Part shown: positions 27,889 through 39,700 of the stretch, one piece after another
Layout: every line of letters starts with the position of its first letter
How positions within the stretch are numbered: position 1 is the stretch's first letter
Assembly (NCBI GenBank): GCA_964419255.1
Contig: CAYQOU010000014.1
Span: 1,605-65,604, forward strand
Source: an uncultured Fibrobacterota bacterium
GTDB lineage: Bacteria > Fibrobacterota > Chitinivibrionia > Chitinivibrionales > CAYFVL01
DNA: 64,000 nt
Direction: 5' to 3'
The notes under the pieces: generated by a model
Told to the model about the DNA's origin: nothing
The model's input: only the letters and a program-made list of their open reading frames with translations
Database searches by the model: none
Translations under genes and position numbers: made by a program

Positions 27889-30569
27889 ACGGCCGCCTTT
27901 TGCCTGATAAGCGACTCTGCTTTCTGAAGTGCCTCCTCGATTTTTGCGGGGTCTTTTGCCCCAGCCTGAGCCCGCACAGGACTGCCGCCCCCGCCGCCTC
28001 CGGCGATTCTGGCAGCCTCTCTGACCAGCTCCCCGCAATGGATGCCATAGGAGCTAACCGCCTTCTTGCCCGCACTGGAAGCAAACAGAACCTTTCCTCC
28101 CGCCTCCGCAGCAAGAAAGACCACAATGTCGGCGACATTTTTCTCTCTTATCAGATCCGAAACAGCATCGGCAAATTTAGAGAATTCAGTCTTGTCCATA
28201 CTGCCCAGATTACGCACCAGCCATGGAAAAGCTCCCTGACTTTTAGACGCTTCTTCAATGATCTTCGAGACCTCCCGCCCCGCTTCGGCCTGTTTTAGCC
28301 GGGTAAGTTCACCGTCGAGCTCTTTTATCTTTTCAACCAGATCCTTCACCCTTGTCACCACCCCATCATCACCCGCTTTCAGTGTGGAACAAATCTCTGA
28401 GACGATAAATTCCTTCTGCAGCAGGTAGCGGTGAGTGTTCATTCCTGTCACCGCCTCTATCCTGCGAACTCCCGCCGAGATACTGCTTTCGGAAAGGATG
28501 TGAAACAGCCCGATCTGGCCGGTCGAATTTACATGAGTACCACCGCACAGCTCCTTACTCACCTCACCCATGGAAACCACACGCACCATCTCACCATATT
28601 TCTCGCCGAAAAGAGCTGTCGCCCCTTCCTCCTTTGCCTGCTCGGCAGTGCTGATTTTTGTATCCACCGGCAAATCGGCCAGTATCCACTCATTGACAAG
28701 CTCTTCTATTCTGTTTTTCTCCCCCTCGCTCAGCTGCGTGAAATGGGTGAAGTCGAAACGAAGCCCCTCCGGATCGACCCGTGAGCCGGACTGCTGCACA
28801 TGTTCACCGATCACCTGACGAAGGGCTGCCTGAAGCAGATGAGTTGCGCTGTGGTTTCGACGAGTGGCATTACGTTTGACCGAAAAAACCTGAGCCTCAA
28901 ACTCCTCCGCAAGCCTGCTGACCGGAAACGGCTCACGGGCATGCACCTTAAGGACACTCATGTCATTCCATTTGAAAGTATCACCAACAGTCAGGATGCT
29001 GCCGTCGGAAAATTTCAACTCACCCTTATCTCCCGTCTGGCCACCCGATTCGGCATAAAACGGACTCACATCCAGGATAACCAGTGCCTGCTGAAAGGAT
29101 TCGGCATCGGCTTCGGGCTTCAGGACTTTGTACCGAGCAACCCTTGCCAAAATGCCCGTAGTCTCGTATCCGACAAACTCGGTGCCCTGAATCGACTTGA
29201 GCTCGATCCATCCCTCAGCCGTAAGACCTGCATCTTCGGTTTTCTTTGCCGCATCGCGAGCCCGCTCGCGCTGCTCGCCCATGCGGGCCGCAAACTGCTC
29301 TTCATCCACCGCCATCCCCTGCTCTTGTGCCATCAGACGAGTAAGATCCATGGGAAAACCAAAAGTATCGTACAGCATAAAGACATCATCACCGGCCAGT
29401 ATGCTTTTACCCGTCTGTTTGGCTTCTTCCACCATCGAATTAAACTTTTCGATCCCCTGCTCCAGGGTCTGGTCAAAACGCTCTTCCTCGCTCTGAATCA
29501 CCCGCGCCACGTGTTGCTCCCGCTGAGTGATCTCCGCAAAAGCTTCCCCCATCATAGCCGACACGGTGGGGATTAAACGACAGATAAATGGCTCATGGAA
29601 GTCTAGTTGCCGGCCGAAACGATAGGCGCGCCGTAAGAGGCGTCTCAAAACATACCCACGCCCTTCATTGGAAGGCAGCGCGCCATCGGTTATGGCAAAG
29701 GTCAGCGCCCTCACGTGATCGGCAATTACCCGAAACGGTGTGCCCTGAGCTCCGGCAGAGTATTTGATCCCACTCATCTCTTCGAGTTTGCGGATAATCG
29801 GCGAGAAAAGATCGGTATCATAATTTGAGTTAACCCCCTGAATGATAGAAACCACCCGTTCAAACCCCATACCGGTATCGACATGTTTGCTGGGCAGCTC
29901 CTTAAGCACGCCATCTTTCTGGCGGTTATACTGCATGAAAACAAGATTCCAGATCTCGCGATATCGGTCGTTTTCTCCATTCACCCCTTTTTTCGGATGA
30001 TTGAAAGTTTCTTTCTGAGTCGCAGGATCTCCCATGTCATAATGGATCTCCGAACAGGGACCGCAGGGTCCGGTCTCACCCATTTCCCAGAAATTATCCT
30101 TATCCCCAAAAGGGAGAATACGCTCCGGGGCGATATCGGTATTCTCTTTCCACAAATCAATCGCCTCTTTATCCGAATGATGCACCGTGACAAACAGCCG
30201 TTGCTTTGGCAATTTCCACACCTTTGTAAGCAGCTCCCAGGCCCAGGTGATTGCCTCTTTCTTGTAATAGTCGCCAAAAGACCAGTTGCCCAGCATCTCA
30301 AAAAAGGTATGGTGATGGTGATCGCGGCCGACCTCCTCCAGATCGTTGTGTTTACCCGAAACTCTCATACATTTCTGGGAATTTACCGCCCGGCGGAGTC
30401 CTTCCTTATTTTCACCAAGAAAAATCGCCTTGAATTGATTCATTCCGGCATTGGTGAAAAGAAGAGTCGGATCATCCTGCGGCACTACAGGAGAGCTTTT
30501 GACAAACGTATGGTCTCTCTGCTCGAAAAATTGTATAAACTCCTCACGGATCTGTTTTGCTGATTTCAT
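27885..30569 (-). CDS. alaS: alanine--tRNA ligase
   Basis: 894 aa. Contains FTNAGMNQFK, HHTFFEMLGNWSFGDYYK and the editing-domain HSATHLL. Confidence 0.95.
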   Translation of the reverse strand: MKSAKQIREEFIQFFEQRDHTFVKSSPVVPQDDPTLLFTNAGMNQFKAIFLGENKEGLRRAVNSQKCMRVSGKHNDLEEVGRDHHHHTFFEMLGNWSFGDYYKKEAITWAWELLTKVWKLPKQRLFVTVHHSDKEAIDLWKENTDIAPERILPFGDKDNFWEMGETGPCGPCSEIHYDMGDPATQKETFNHPKKGVNGENDRYREIWNLVFMQYNRQKDGVLKELPSKHVDTGMGFERVVSIIQGVNSNYDTDLFSPIIRKLEEMSGIKYSAGAQGTPFRVIADHVRALTFAITDGALPSNEGRGYVLRRLLRRAYRFGRQLDFHEPFICRLIPTVSAMMGEAFAEITQREQHVARVIQSEEERFDQTLEQGIEKFNSMVEEAKQTGKSILAGDDVFMLYDTFGFPMDLTRLMAQEQGMAVDEEQFAARMGEQRERARDAAKKTEDAGLTAEGWIELKSIQGTEFVGYETTGILARVARYKVLKPEADAESFQQALVILDVSPFYAESGGQTGDKGELKFSDGSILTVGDTFKWNDMSVLKVHAREPFPVSRLAEEFEAQVFSVKRNATRRNHSATHLLQAALRQVIGEHVQQSGSRVDPEGLRFDFTHFTQLSEGEKNRIEELVNEWILADLPVDTKISTAEQAKEEGATALFGEKYGEMVRVVSMGEVSKELCGGTHVNSTGQIGLFHILSESSISAGVRRIEAVTGMNTHRYLLQKEFIVSEICSTLKAGDDGVVTRVKDLVEKIKELDGELTRLKQAEAGREVSKIIEEASKSQGAFPWLVRNLGSMDKTEFSKFADAVSDLIREKNVADIVVFLAAEAGGKVLFASSAGKKAVSSYGIHCGELVREAARIAGGGGGGSPVRAQAGAKDPAKIEEALQKAESLIRQKAAV

Positions 30570-30575
30570 GTAATC

Positions 30576-31637
30576 CTACTTCTCTTCTTCAACAGGTTGT
30601 TTACTTTCTTCTTTCGCCTCGATCATGCCCAGAGTCTGACGGACCTGTGTGTCGATTGCCTGGAGAATATCGGCGTTTTCCAGAAGAAATTCCTTGGCCC
30701 GCTCCCGCCCCTGGCCAAGTCTCTCTCCGTTGTAACTAAACCAGGCACCGCTTTTTTCCACCACATTGGTGGCAACCGCCTGATCAAGAATATCGCCGAC
30801 ATAGGAGATACCCGTTCCATACATGATATCGAATTCTGCTTCTCTAAATGGCGGAGCTACCTTATTTTTGACGATTTTCGCTCGCGTGCGGTTTCCCATC
30901 ACCTTGTCACCGTCCTTTATCGCGGCAATACGTCGAATATCCACCCGAACCGAGGAGTAGAACTTAAGAGCGTTACCCCCGGTGGTAGTCTCCGGATTAC
31001 CAAACATAACACCGATTTTCATCCGAAGTTGATTGATAAAGATCAGACAGGTTTTTGATCGGGAGAGAATTCCGGTCAATTTCCGAAGCGCCTGCGACAT
31101 CAACCGCGCCTGCAGCCCCACATGACTGTCACCCATTTCACCTTCGATTTCGGCGGCAGGGACCAATGCCGCAACGCTATCGATCACAATAAGGTCGATA
31201 GCTCCGCTTCGCACCAGTGTATCGGCGATCTCCAAAGCCTGCTCACCGGTATCCGGCTGACTCACCAGCAGGTTGTCCACATCCACTCCCAGGCTCTGCG
31301 CATATTTTGCATCAAACGCATACTCGGCATCGATCAGTACGGCTATCCCACCCGACTTCTGAGCATTAGCTATGGCATGAAGCGCCAATGTTGTTTTACC
31401 TGACGACTCGGGCCCGTAGATCTCAACGATACGCCCCTTGGGGAAACCTCCCACACCAAGAGCGGCATCCAGGGAGATAGATCCGGTTGGAATCGCACCC
31501 ACATCTATTTTCTGCTCTTCAGAGCCAAGCCGCATGATAGATCCCTTACCATGCTGTTTTTCGATTTGACTCAATGCAGCCTCTACCGCTGCCGATTTAT
31601 TCGCCTGTGGATCGCTGGTTGAGCTCCTTTTTGCCAT
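30576..31637 (-). CDS. recA: recombinase RecA
   Basis: 353 aa. Contains [29 protein letters not shown] and [36 protein letters not shown]. Confidence 0.95.
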   Translation of the reverse strand: MAKRSSTSDPQANKSAAVEAALSQIEKQHGKGSIMRLGSEEQKIDVGAIPTGSISLDAALGVGGFPKGRIVEIYGPESSGKTTLALHAIANAQKSGGIAVLIDAEYAFDAKYAQSLGVDVDNLLVSQPDTGEQALEIADTLVRSGAIDLIVIDSVAALVPAAEIEGEMGDSHVGLQARLMSQALRKLTGILSRSKTCLIFINQLRMKIGVMFGNPETTTGGNALKFYSSVRVDIRRIAAIKDGDKVMGNRTRAKIVKNKVAPPFREAEFDIMYGTGISYVGDILDQAVATNVVEKSGAWFSYNGERLGQGRERAKEFLLENADILQAIDTQVRQTLGMIEAKEESKQPVEEEK

Positions 31638-31894
31638 AGCTATACTCCTTGGGTGGAGAAAAATAATTGCAATTTTCTATCCAGATGTACTAATATACTG
31701 CTCCTCGGAGATGTCCGGGGCCTGGAAGCGTGATTAGACCAAACATTGAAAATACATCGATAAAAACTTTCATGTGAACATAAATTATAGATACTCCTGT
31801 ATTATATTCAAAAAAGATTGCTTTTCCATAAAAAGACACTTTATTTTTTTCCACTTCCATACCATAAATACACGAATTAAAGAAAGGAAAGTGT

Positions 31895-33079
31895 GTGAGC
31901 AAAATCAAAACGGAACATGTATTTACATCGGAATCGGTCAGCGAAGGACATCCCGATAAGCTGTGCGATCAGATATCCGATGCGGTGCTGGACGCATGCA
32001 TTCAAAAAGACCCAAACAGCCGCGTGGCATGCGAAACATTGGTCGGCTATAACGTGGTGATGAATGCGGGGGAGATCACCTGTTCGGGATGGGATCAGAT
32101 CAAACCCGAGCAGATCGCCCGTGATGTCGTAAAACAGATCGGATACGATCACGAAAAACTTCGTTTCTGGCACGAATCATTTGAGTATATCTCACGAATT
32201 CACGGCCAGTCACCCGACATCTCACAAGGTGTCACCGAAGGGGCAGGCTTGTTTACCGAGCAGGGCGCCGGAGATCAGGGGATGATGTTTGGCTATGCCA
32301 CAAATGAGACTCCGGAACTTATGCCTACGCCAATCGCATTCAGTCAGAGACTCTTGAGCCACTTTACCACTCTGCGCAAAAACGGCACGATCCCATATCT
32401 GCGTCCCGATTCGAAATCACAGGTTTCTGTTCGCTACAATGACGGCAAACCCACCGAAATTACCAACGTGGTCATCTCGCATCAGACAGACGATATTGCG
32501 CTGGAGAAGATTCGCGAAGATATCGTCCGGGAAATAAATACCGTTCTTAGGCCCACAGGTCTGCTGACGGACAAAAGCCAATACTGGGTTAATCCGACCG
32601 GCGCATTTGTACTCGGCGGCCCCTACGCCGATTGCGGCCTGACCGGCAGAAAAATCATTGTCGACACCTATGGGGGCGTGGGCAGCCATGGAGGTGGTGC
32701 ATTCAGCGGAAAGGACCCATCAAAAGTGGATCGCTCCGCCGCATATTTCTGCCGATACGTCACAAAGAATATCGTGGCAGCCGGTCTTGCGGAAAAATGC
32801 GAGATACAGGTCGCATACGCCATCGGTGTTTCCAAACCCCTGAGTATAAACATCGAGACCTACGGAACCGGTACAATCGAGGATCTGGATCTGCAGCGCA
32901 TATTGGAGGAAGGAAAAGTCTTCGATTTCCGACCGGCAGCAATAATCAAACACCTCGGGCTGAAAAATCCAAGCGGCTGGAGCTATCAGCAGACAGCGAT
33001 GAATGGCCATTTCGGACACGACCAGTTTCCCTGGGAGAAAACCGATATGGTTGACGATTTGAAAAGAGCGGTTAAATAG
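31895..33079 (+). CDS. metK: S-adenosylmethionine synthetase
   Basis: 394 aa, GTG start. Contains SESVSEGHPDKLCDQISD, GAGDQGMMFGYA and GGGAFSGKDPSKVDRSAAY. Confidence 0.95.
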   Translation: MSKIKTEHVFTSESVSEGHPDKLCDQISDAVLDACIQKDPNSRVACETLVGYNVVMNAGEITCSGWDQIKPEQIARDVVKQIGYDHEKLRFWHESFEYISRIHGQSPDISQGVTEGAGLFTEQGAGDQGMMFGYATNETPELMPTPIAFSQRLLSHFTTLRKNGTIPYLRPDSKSQVSVRYNDGKPTEITNVVISHQTDDIALEKIREDIVREINTVLRPTGLLTDKSQYWVNPTGAFVLGGPYADCGLTGRKIIVDTYGGVGSHGGGAFSGKDPSKVDRSAAYFCRYVTKNIVAAGLAEKCEIQVAYAIGVSKPLSINIETYGTGTIEDLDLQRILEEGKVFDFRPAAIIKHLGLKNPSGWSYQQTAMNGHFGHDQFPWEKTDMVDDLKRAVK

Positions 33080-33114
33080 TTTCAGATTCGAATGAGGACC
33101 TTTTCTTTTGTCAT

Positions 33115-33146
33115 CCGTTCCGTCCCGCTTCAGCTGGACGGAACGG
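33115..33146 (+). terminator. GC-rich hairpin downstream of metK
   Basis: Perfect 11-bp stem CCGTTCCGTCC/GGACGGAACGG with a 10-nt loop, 36 nt after the metK stop. The T-tract is weak. The core is repeated at 44666-44686. Confidence 0.45.
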
Positions 33147-33384
33147 CACTTAATCTTACATTCTGCGGGCTTTCGTCGAATAATGACAACAGGTTACTTG
33201 TTGACAGGCGTAGTTGCAATGCGTGTAACCACCCCACGTGGCACTGTCGGCGATGAAACCATCCGCTGAGGACACCATTATCGAAAGTCAATCCTCTTTA
33301 GCTTTACCGCCGATCCGTCTCTGCGGTACCAAACTAATGAGCAGGTTATGAATCTGAATGGAAAACACAAAACAAAGGAAAACC

Positions 33385-34383
33385 ATGAATACAGAAAAGA
33401 CCATCGATGTTGCAGGTGTAGGCTCCCCGATTATCGATCTGCTGGCTCATGTGCCGGAAAATTTCATCGAAGAGCTTGGGGGACAGAAGGGTGGTATGGA
33501 GCTGATTGTCGAGCAGGAAATGGCCGACCTCCTGGAGAAACTTCCCGGAGAGGTCATCCGGGCTCCCGGAGGCGCGGCGGCAAATACCACATTTGCTCTG
33601 GCACGGCTGGGGCTTAAAACTGCTTTCATGGGCATGCTGGGTAGAGATCCTGAGGGCTTTTACTACCTTGAAACGTTTCAGGATTTGGGTGGAGAGTGCG
33701 GGCATTTCCGACATTCGGAAACTCACAGGACCGCCCAGTGCATTTCACTGATTACTCCTGATGCCGAACGAACCATGCGTACCCATCTGGGAGCTGCCGC
33801 CACTTTTGAACACCATGCCATCAAACCTGAAGATTTTGCCGCAGTAAAACACGTGCACCTGGAAGGCTATCTTCTGTTCAATGCAGAGCTGATTCAAAAG
33901 ACAGTCCGTTGTGCAAAACAGGCAGGCTGTTCAGTCAGTCTTGATCTTGGCTCCTTCGAAGTGGTAAATGCATCACGTGACCTTATTAAAAAAATTCTGA
34001 GGGACTATGTGGATATCGTGTTTGCAAACGAATTGGAGGCACAAGCCTTTTCAGGAACAAAAGACATGCATGCGGCGCTGGACACCTTGCTTCACTATTG
34101 CCCCATCGCCGCGGTGAAATTGGGCAGCAAGGGTGCACTTGTCAAGGATGCGGAATCGAAACACGAGGTGGATGCGGTATTTGCAGAAAAGGTGGTCGAC
34201 ACCACCGGAGCAGGTGACCTGTGGGCAGCCGGGTTTCTGTACGGGTATGTCAAAAAACTGTCGCTTGACACCTGCGGACGCATGGGAGCCGTTGTCGGAT
34301 CACACGCCGTCCGTCACGTGGGAAGCAGTCTGACTGAGGAGACTTGGAAAGAGCTGACAAAGGAATTTCTTTCTATGAAATGA
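33385..34383 (+). CDS. PfkB-family carbohydrate/adenosine kinase
   Basis: Start set to ATG 33385 (AAAGGA upstream). Contains GGAAANT and the C-terminal DTTGAGDLWAAGFLYG motif. Confidence 0.8.
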   Translation: MNTEKTIDVAGVGSPIIDLLAHVPENFIEELGGQKGGMELIVEQEMADLLEKLPGEVIRAPGGAAANTTFALARLGLKTAFMGMLGRDPEGFYYLETFQDLGGECGHFRHSETHRTAQCISLITPDAERTMRTHLGAAATFEHHAIKPEDFAAVKHVHLEGYLLFNAELIQKTVRCAKQAGCSVSLDLGSFEVVNASRDLIKKILRDYVDIVFANELEAQAFSGTKDMHAALDTLLHYCPIAAVKLGSKGALVKDAESKHEVDAVFAEKVVDTTGAGDLWAAGFLYGYVKKLSLDTCGRMGAVVGSHAVRHVGSSLTEETWKELTKEFLSMK

Positions 34384-34575
34384 GAAACAGGGTATGATGG
34401 TCAGTGGGGAGGTGACAGTTTTCTCCATCTATTGCTGAGGCATCATTTTTTTCCCAAATGAGCGGGTCTGAGTGGATGAATCGCGCAAGCCTTGAAAGCA
34501 GAATAGTTGAAGCAACCGTGCGAAATACCCCGTAAAGGAATTTGCAAGATTGCTGAGGCCTTGTGACTCACAGAG

Positions 34576-34610
34576 AATTGCGCGATTCGCCGCGAGAGAA
34601 TCGCGCAATT
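34576..34610. terminator. 13-bp perfect inverted repeat between convergent genes (candidate bidirectional terminator)
   Basis: AATTGCGCGATTC-GCCGCGAGA-GAATCGCGCAATT. A third copy of GAATCGCGCAA lies at 34478-34488. Confidence 0.5.
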
Positions 34611-34725
34611 TAGATTTATGTAAAAGCCTTCACCATTCACCTTTACCCGCTCGGTGTCATCACCACAGGAGCATGGACCGAAAATACATAGGCATCCATA
34701 CCCTATTATATCCATTACGGATACT

Positions 34726-36720
34726 TCAAAACGCCTGCGACAGATCGATAACCAGCGCAAAAGGCAGGTGAAATTCATCCGGTGCCTGGCGTTCACGGAA
34801 CTCTCTTGCGGTAATACGCTCCCCGTTGTGATAGGTATACCCCCAGGCAAAATCGACACGAAGATTAAAAATTCCCAGGAGCGGATAGCGAAGCCCCACA
34901 CCGTATGACAGGGCCCAGCCGGTTTTCTGTAATGGATCATCCAGTGGTTCTGACCGATCGTACAGCTGTCCGTAGTCGACAAATGGTACGATATCCAGTT
35001 CCGTCATGAAACTGAAAAAGCTATTCTCGTTGATATATCCGAAATCAAAGAGCCCGATTCTGGCTTCAAGAGATGCCAGCCAATACAGAGGAACCAGCTC
35101 ATCATCGACAAAGGCCTGTGCAGGTTCAATCTCCCTGAATCCAAATGCCCTGATGTTTCTGGGTCCCCCCAGGTAAAACCTTCGGGCGTTCAGACCACCA
35201 TCATCGAGGAAAATGCCGCCATCCAGACGGGCAGCCATTCTTATCTGAGAGATGATCGGATAATAGTAAGCCGAATTTATTTCGAACCAGTTGTGACGAT
35301 TATCGAGCAGACTCCATTCTCCCGCCTCAATAAGTGTTCCGCCATTTCCCCAGGTGATCGCATATCGGCTTCCATCGGTTGGATTGAGCAGATCGTCCAG
35401 AAACGAAAAAAATACCGTACTTATGAAATTTAGCGTGACCCCCTCCAGTGTATCGCCAACTTGTAAGGTATCCAGATCCCCTACCAGAGGGTCATCGATC
35501 TCGGCGATCGAGTCGGATGAGCCGATTATCCGCTGTGCAAGAAGCTCGGCGCTGGTGACAAGCCGCACCCAATCGGTAAACGATCGCGAAAGCCTGGTGG
35601 TACTTACCGCCTCGAAGCTGCCGCCAAACATCTCTGCGCCGATCTGTTCATGTATGGCGGCATTCTGATACCAGCTCACCTGAAGATCGGTGTCGAAGCG
35701 CACCATGTAATTAAAGATCAGTGGTGCCCCAAAGCCGATGTAGGAACTCTGCTTATCGGAAGCAAGCGTTCCTCCCAGTTGCACCTCGTTAAGGGAGCCG
35801 TTGACATTTCCATGACTTAAGTCCAGCGAAATACCAAGGCCGTACTGCGTCTCGTAGAAAGCCGACGAACGCAGCTCTCCCGGTACATGCTCCTCTGCCA
35901 CAAGAATCATGGCGCTGCGGTTTGGATCCTTTTTTAGGAGCGTGTCTCTGATCCGAACAAAATTGAATACACCGGTTGATTGCAGTTTTTCGATGTAGCT
36001 GTCGTTTTGTCGCGCGCGAACCGTGTCACCCAAGGTATAGGGAAACAAATCTCTCAGCAACTGATCACTGGTGATTCCTCCCAATGAGTCAAATGGTGCC
36101 TCCCGGGTGTTTTGAATGATAAGCGTGTCGAACACTACCGCATACGAGGGATTTACTACATATTTAACCGACACGATTTTGGTGGAATCATCAATGGACA
36201 CACTATCCTGCACCTGCACGTGCACATACCCCGCATCACCATATTGACGAAGTAGAAGCAGTCGATCCTTGAGTATCGGCCGTTCCGAAAAAAAATTGCC
36301 CATATGCACGTTCAACTGAGAAGTGTCTACAAATTGCCCGGGAGCCGACGAAAGACTGTCCTTTAGGATTATCTGAACGGGGCCAAAGCTGTAGCGCGCC
36401 CCCTCATGTATATCCATAAAAGCCTGCCAGGTATTTTCATCACGCCTGATAGTCTGCACCCGTACCCGAACGTCGAAATACCCCCGATCCTGATAGAACT
36501 GCTCCACAGAATAGACCGCATCCTCACGCCACAGCTGCACCTGTTCGGCAGTCCATTCGGTGGGGTAATCCGGTATCTGTTGTCGGATTCTACGAGTCGA
36601 TAAGGAATCGTTTCCTCTTATACGCAAATCGATTTCAGCCTCTGCCGCAGAAGCAAAACAAAGAATGCATAGTACACCCAGGTAAAACAATCCAGTTATA
36701 TGAGTTTTTTCTTTTACCAT
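34726..36720 (-). CDS. Omp85-family outer membrane protein (TamA/BamA-like, POTRA plus barrel)
   Basis: 664 aa. Signal peptide, POTRA-like repeats (VEQFYQDRGYFDVRVRV, IHEGARYSFGPVQI) and a C-terminal barrel ending DLSQAF. Confidence 0.8.
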   Translation of the reverse strand: MVKEKTHITGLFYLGVLCILCFASAAEAEIDLRIRGNDSLSTRRIRQQIPDYPTEWTAEQVQLWREDAVYSVEQFYQDRGYFDVRVRVQTIRRDENTWQAFMDIHEGARYSFGPVQIILKDSLSSAPGQFVDTSQLNVHMGNFFSERPILKDRLLLLRQYGDAGYVHVQVQDSVSIDDSTKIVSVKYVVNPSYAVVFDTLIIQNTREAPFDSLGGITSDQLLRDLFPYTLGDTVRARQNDSYIEKLQSTGVFNFVRIRDTLLKKDPNRSAMILVAEEHVPGELRSSAFYETQYGLGISLDLSHGNVNGSLNEVQLGGTLASDKQSSYIGFGAPLIFNYMVRFDTDLQVSWYQNAAIHEQIGAEMFGGSFEAVSTTRLSRSFTDWVRLVTSAELLAQRIIGSSDSIAEIDDPLVGDLDTLQVGDTLEGVTLNFISTVFFSFLDDLLNPTDGSRYAITWGNGGTLIEAGEWSLLDNRHNWFEINSAYYYPIISQIRMAARLDGGIFLDDGGLNARRFYLGGPRNIRAFGFREIEPAQAFVDDELVPLYWLASLEARIGLFDFGYINENSFFSFMTELDIVPFVDYGQLYDRSEPLDDPLQKTGWALSYGVGLRYPLLGIFNLRVDFAWGYTYHNGERITAREFRERQAPDEFHLPFALVIDLSQAF

Positions 36721-39700
36721 AGATTCCAGAATTTGTATCGGTAAATAATCCCCAGCCTTCTTGATATTTCATCCTCCAGAGTCGATTCGGCGTTCTCCGG
36801 CTCGGTGGAAATCGAAGCTTCAATAAGAATGTTATCCTCCAGAATATCCTCCCATTTCTTACTGGTGATAATAGAATCCAGAGGGGGCTGCCACTCCAGC
36901 CCCAGTTTGCTTTCCCATGGAGTGGCAGACTCCCTGACATCGGGCCGGTATCCCGCCTTCGCACGTAACCTCAGACCCCAGAACTGCTTTGTAACGATTT
37001 CGATAGCAATAGCCTCCGTGGCGGAATCGGCGGCCAGCGCCCCCAGCCCCGTAATGTTTGTGCCCGCTATCCAGTTACCGGTAAGGCGCTCGGTGAGTCT
37101 GGTGAGACTCTGACTGATTGTGGGCTCAAGAAGACCCAGTGCCTGACTGCCATACCCCTCCTGCACGCCTCCTCCCGCGAATTCGGGCGAATAGCAGCCC
37201 CTGCGCACAGAAAAGATGATTGCAGAAACGTTGGCCCCCGCCCCAAATTCTCCCCCGCAGTCTGTCTCATAGGTAAACTGCATCTCCTCAAGCTCCCCGT
37301 CCAGACGAATATACACCGTACACGAATCGGTGGTCCCCGGCTCACAATCTTCGGCAAGCATCTTCGCCGACTCCATCGATACAGAGCCCTGCTCCACCGG
37401 TACATTGAGCCATTTTACCTGCAGATTTTGAATGTCATAGGATTGCCCCGCAGCACCTATTTCCCCATCCAGTGCGCTAAATCTTCCGTTTGCAAGCGCA
37501 TAAGGATAGGTTCCCTGTATGGTTACATCGGCAGTGAAAGGCATTCGTAAAACATCGGTGTCGATCCGGTTTTTGGTCCCCTCCGTCTGAAGGGATACAT
37601 TCAGCTGAATCGCCGCATCCCGCTCAGAGGAGGACTTTCGTGTTCTATCACCGTTGCCGGCAAAGATGTTCTGCAGAGCCTGAATACTCCTCAACCGGTA
37701 AGCGATTGTCATGTCTCTGAGTGTACCCTCAAAATTAAGCTCCGGGGGACTCGCCTCCGGCTCTTTGGCTCTTCCCACCATCTGTTCATACTCCAGATCG
37801 ATATCCTGGATGATTCCATCCACATTCAAAGGCGGTGCCAGATAACTCAGATCCGCCCTCCCGATATCGGCATCAACGACCATCGAGACCGAATCTGCCA
37901 TCATGCGCAGGTTTATGTCGTCGAGCGTGACATAATCGGCCTCTCCCCACCGGACTGCAAATGCTTCTCCCTGCAATCTCACCCGCGTCCTACCACCTTC
38001 GATCAAACCGTAGACAGCATTTCCGGTAAGCTCCTGTCCCTTCTGGTTACGGACATACAGATCGGGTACTCTCAGGGCACCATCGGTAATCTGTGGTTCG
38101 GCACTAATAAACTGAGTATCCATGCCCGCTATGGCATAAGTCATATACAATGTATCTGTGAAAAGCCTCATCTTCTCAACAGTTTCCGTAAAAGGAATGT
38201 TGAATTCTCCTCTGGTGATGATATTGCGCAATGCCCCGATATCACCTGGCAGAGGTGCCGTTCCCATCACCCTGAATGAGCCGTCAAACACCTGAAGTGA
38301 TTGAATCTCACCATTGACCACCGCTCTGAGTCTGCCGCTGGCAGCACTTACCAATACACGAACTTGCTGCGTATCGGATAATACACCGGTGACGGCAACC
38401 ACCAGAGAATCGTTGAAAAGCGGCTCCGCCTGACTGAAAGTGGATGCATTTACCAGAAGCGTATCCCCGTTTCCGTTTATTCGCAAGGCCCTAAGCTCGG
38501 GAAGATTACCCCCCTCAATCAACTCGATATCGTAAAACCGGTAGAGTCCGCCAAATCCTGACGTATCGGAGTAGGCAAACCGGCCGTCTACAAATCCGCT
38601 TTGCAGCGGCGACTGCTCCATAAACACATTCAAAGTCTGAGAGATATTGTATTCATCGGCCCTCAATTCAACCGATTCGATATCCTCCAGACCAAGGGCT
38701 GCAAGCTCGTAAAAATCTTTCCCGTTGAGACGAACGCTTGTTTCCGCCTCCAACTCCGAGTCATCAACCCGAAACCGCAGCCCCTGTAATTGCAGAATGC
38801 TGTCGGTCCAGTTCATCAGCCCCTCTGCGGCAATACCGGCCCCGTTGTATCGGGCCGTCGCTTGTTCGATACGGGCATGGCCGGTCTGATTTCGCATATG
38901 CCAGGCAAACTCCGCACTTACAACCGGTTGCTCTATGGGAAGCTCCGGAATCAGCGCATAGGGGACCCGGGAGACATTCACACTTTGAGCCTCCGCATAC
39001 ATTGAGTCGGCTGTTGGCATGCTAAAGCGGATAGTGCCATGCTTTTCGTTTGTCGCCTGCCACACCATCGATGGAAAATCACCCCGCACATCCATGTTGC
39101 CGCTAAGCGTCCAGACCATATCGTCGTGGAATAGCCGGGAGGGTTTCAGCGTATATCCGGTCTGCATATCAAACTCGTGGACGGCATATAAGGAATCAGC
39201 CACCCCGCCATAAGCTGCCACATCAAAGAAAGCTGATGATGCCGACAATTCTGTTCCCCTGAATTTCCCCGACACATACGCCTCATCAAACTGCATATTC
39301 GTATCCACAAACACCCGCAACAGCCGCTCGTCGGGAGCGATGTCCACATCGAAGCTCCCCCCCCATTCTTTCGTTTTTTTGGCCGCAACCGCCTCCAGTC
39401 TGGTACCGTCGGTGGTGACCACCTCACCTGCTATTCTCCGACTCGATGCCCGCATACGGGGTATTGTCACCCCCAGCATTACCCACTGATCGGCCAACCG
39501 CACCGGAATACCACGGATATGTCCTGAAAGGGTCATACCGACTTTATCGACTAAATTTGCCAAATCGGGCAGCGAATCGATTCGACGCACCTCCATGGAT
39601 GCCTCCAGAGATATCTGCTCCTTCTCCCCAGAGCTTTTAAGCCGCCAGAAACCGGTCGTATCATCGAGAAGAAATGTAAAGCTCAGAGCCTGATCGGTCA

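Noticed and set aside
27889-28038. 50-aa Arg/Gly-rich N-terminal extension of the GGGPS ORF
   Set aside because: It lies inside the alaS coding region in another frame. The internal ATG at 27888 gives a normal family N-terminus and an ATGA junction with alaS.
28800-30563. Two ORFs of 258 and 226 aa on the plus strand
   Set aside because: Both lie antisense inside alaS. Shadow ORFs.
31638-31894. Possible SAM riboswitch upstream of metK, or an SOS box upstream of recA
   Set aside because: I could not find the conserved SAM-I/SAM-II cores or a convincing LexA-type palindrome by eye. An Rfam scan is needed before any claim.
33200-33228. Sigma-70-like promoter TTGACA-N17-TGTAAC upstream of the kinase gene
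   Set aside because: The -10 element matches only 4 of 6 positions and lies about 155 nt from the start codon. Too weak to list as a feature.
34443-34982. 179-aa ORF on the minus strand
   Set aside because: It overlaps the 3' end of the Omp85 gene and the terminator region. The product is Cys/Trp-rich and implausible.
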